A stretch of 57,179 nucleotides of DNA, from the NCBI GenBank assembly GCA_032250835.1, contig JAVVEA010000021.1:1-57179 (forward strand). The letters run 5' to 3'. Shown in pieces: positions 57,106 through 57,179 of the stretch; position 1 is the stretch's first letter; each line of letters begins with the position of its first letter. Position numbers and translations under genes: made by a program. The DNA is from a bacterium. GTDB lineage: Bacteria; SAR324; XYD2-FULL-50-16. The notes beneath the pieces were generated by a model. It saw only the letters and a program-made list of their open reading frames with translations, did not search any database and had not been told where the DNA came from.

Positions 57106-57179
57106 TATAGTGGACCGAAAAGTTCAGACAAAATTTGAATTAGGCGTTATTTCTGAATTGCGGTAACGAACCTCGATTT
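57106..57179 (-). mobile_element. Right end of the same IS3-like element in opposite orientation, cut off by the window edge
   Basis: Exact 74-bp reverse complement of 4-77. Confidence 0.7.

Noticed and set aside
1-57179. Linear plasmid or phage with terminal inverted repeats
   Set aside because: The content is essential chromosomal genes, and the repeat looks like an IS end pointing outward past the contig edge.

Overview
The window looks like a complete 57 kb bacterial contig of moderate GC. The gene content suggests a deltaproteobacterial/SAR324-like organism, which is inference only. Both ends run into the same IS3-family-like right end in inverted orientation (4-77 is the exact reverse complement of 57106-57179). 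Most of the window is core chromosome: thiD, a gspE/pilB ATPase, thiI, rplY-pth-ychF-rpsF-rpsR-rplI, coaBC, msrPQ, metK, HPr, aroE, mltD, hpt, gatB, pepN and yicC. Five loci stand out. (1) A selenoprotein missed by the ORF track: a PrdB/GrdB-like protein with an in-frame UGA (UGIC motif) and a canonical SECIS-like hairpin. It has no reductase partner genes nearby and sits between two small heat-shock genes and an overlapping msrPQ. (2) A HydABC/Bfu-type complex (NuoE-like, NuoF-like, and a GltD/NuoG-like fusion) plus a rubrerythrin-like gene, divergent from a SufR-like regulator. (3) A decayed defence/accessory island (25.4-30.4 kb) with an intact AT-rich, membrane-anchored HerA-like ATPase. 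(4) An AT-rich UDG-superfamily gene bracketed by inverted REP/REPIN-like palindromic repeats. (5) Three class III nucleotide-cyclase-fold genes, two with altered catalytic motifs. No CRISPR array, tRNA or rRNA was seen. All calls come from reading motifs by eye; no database searches were run.
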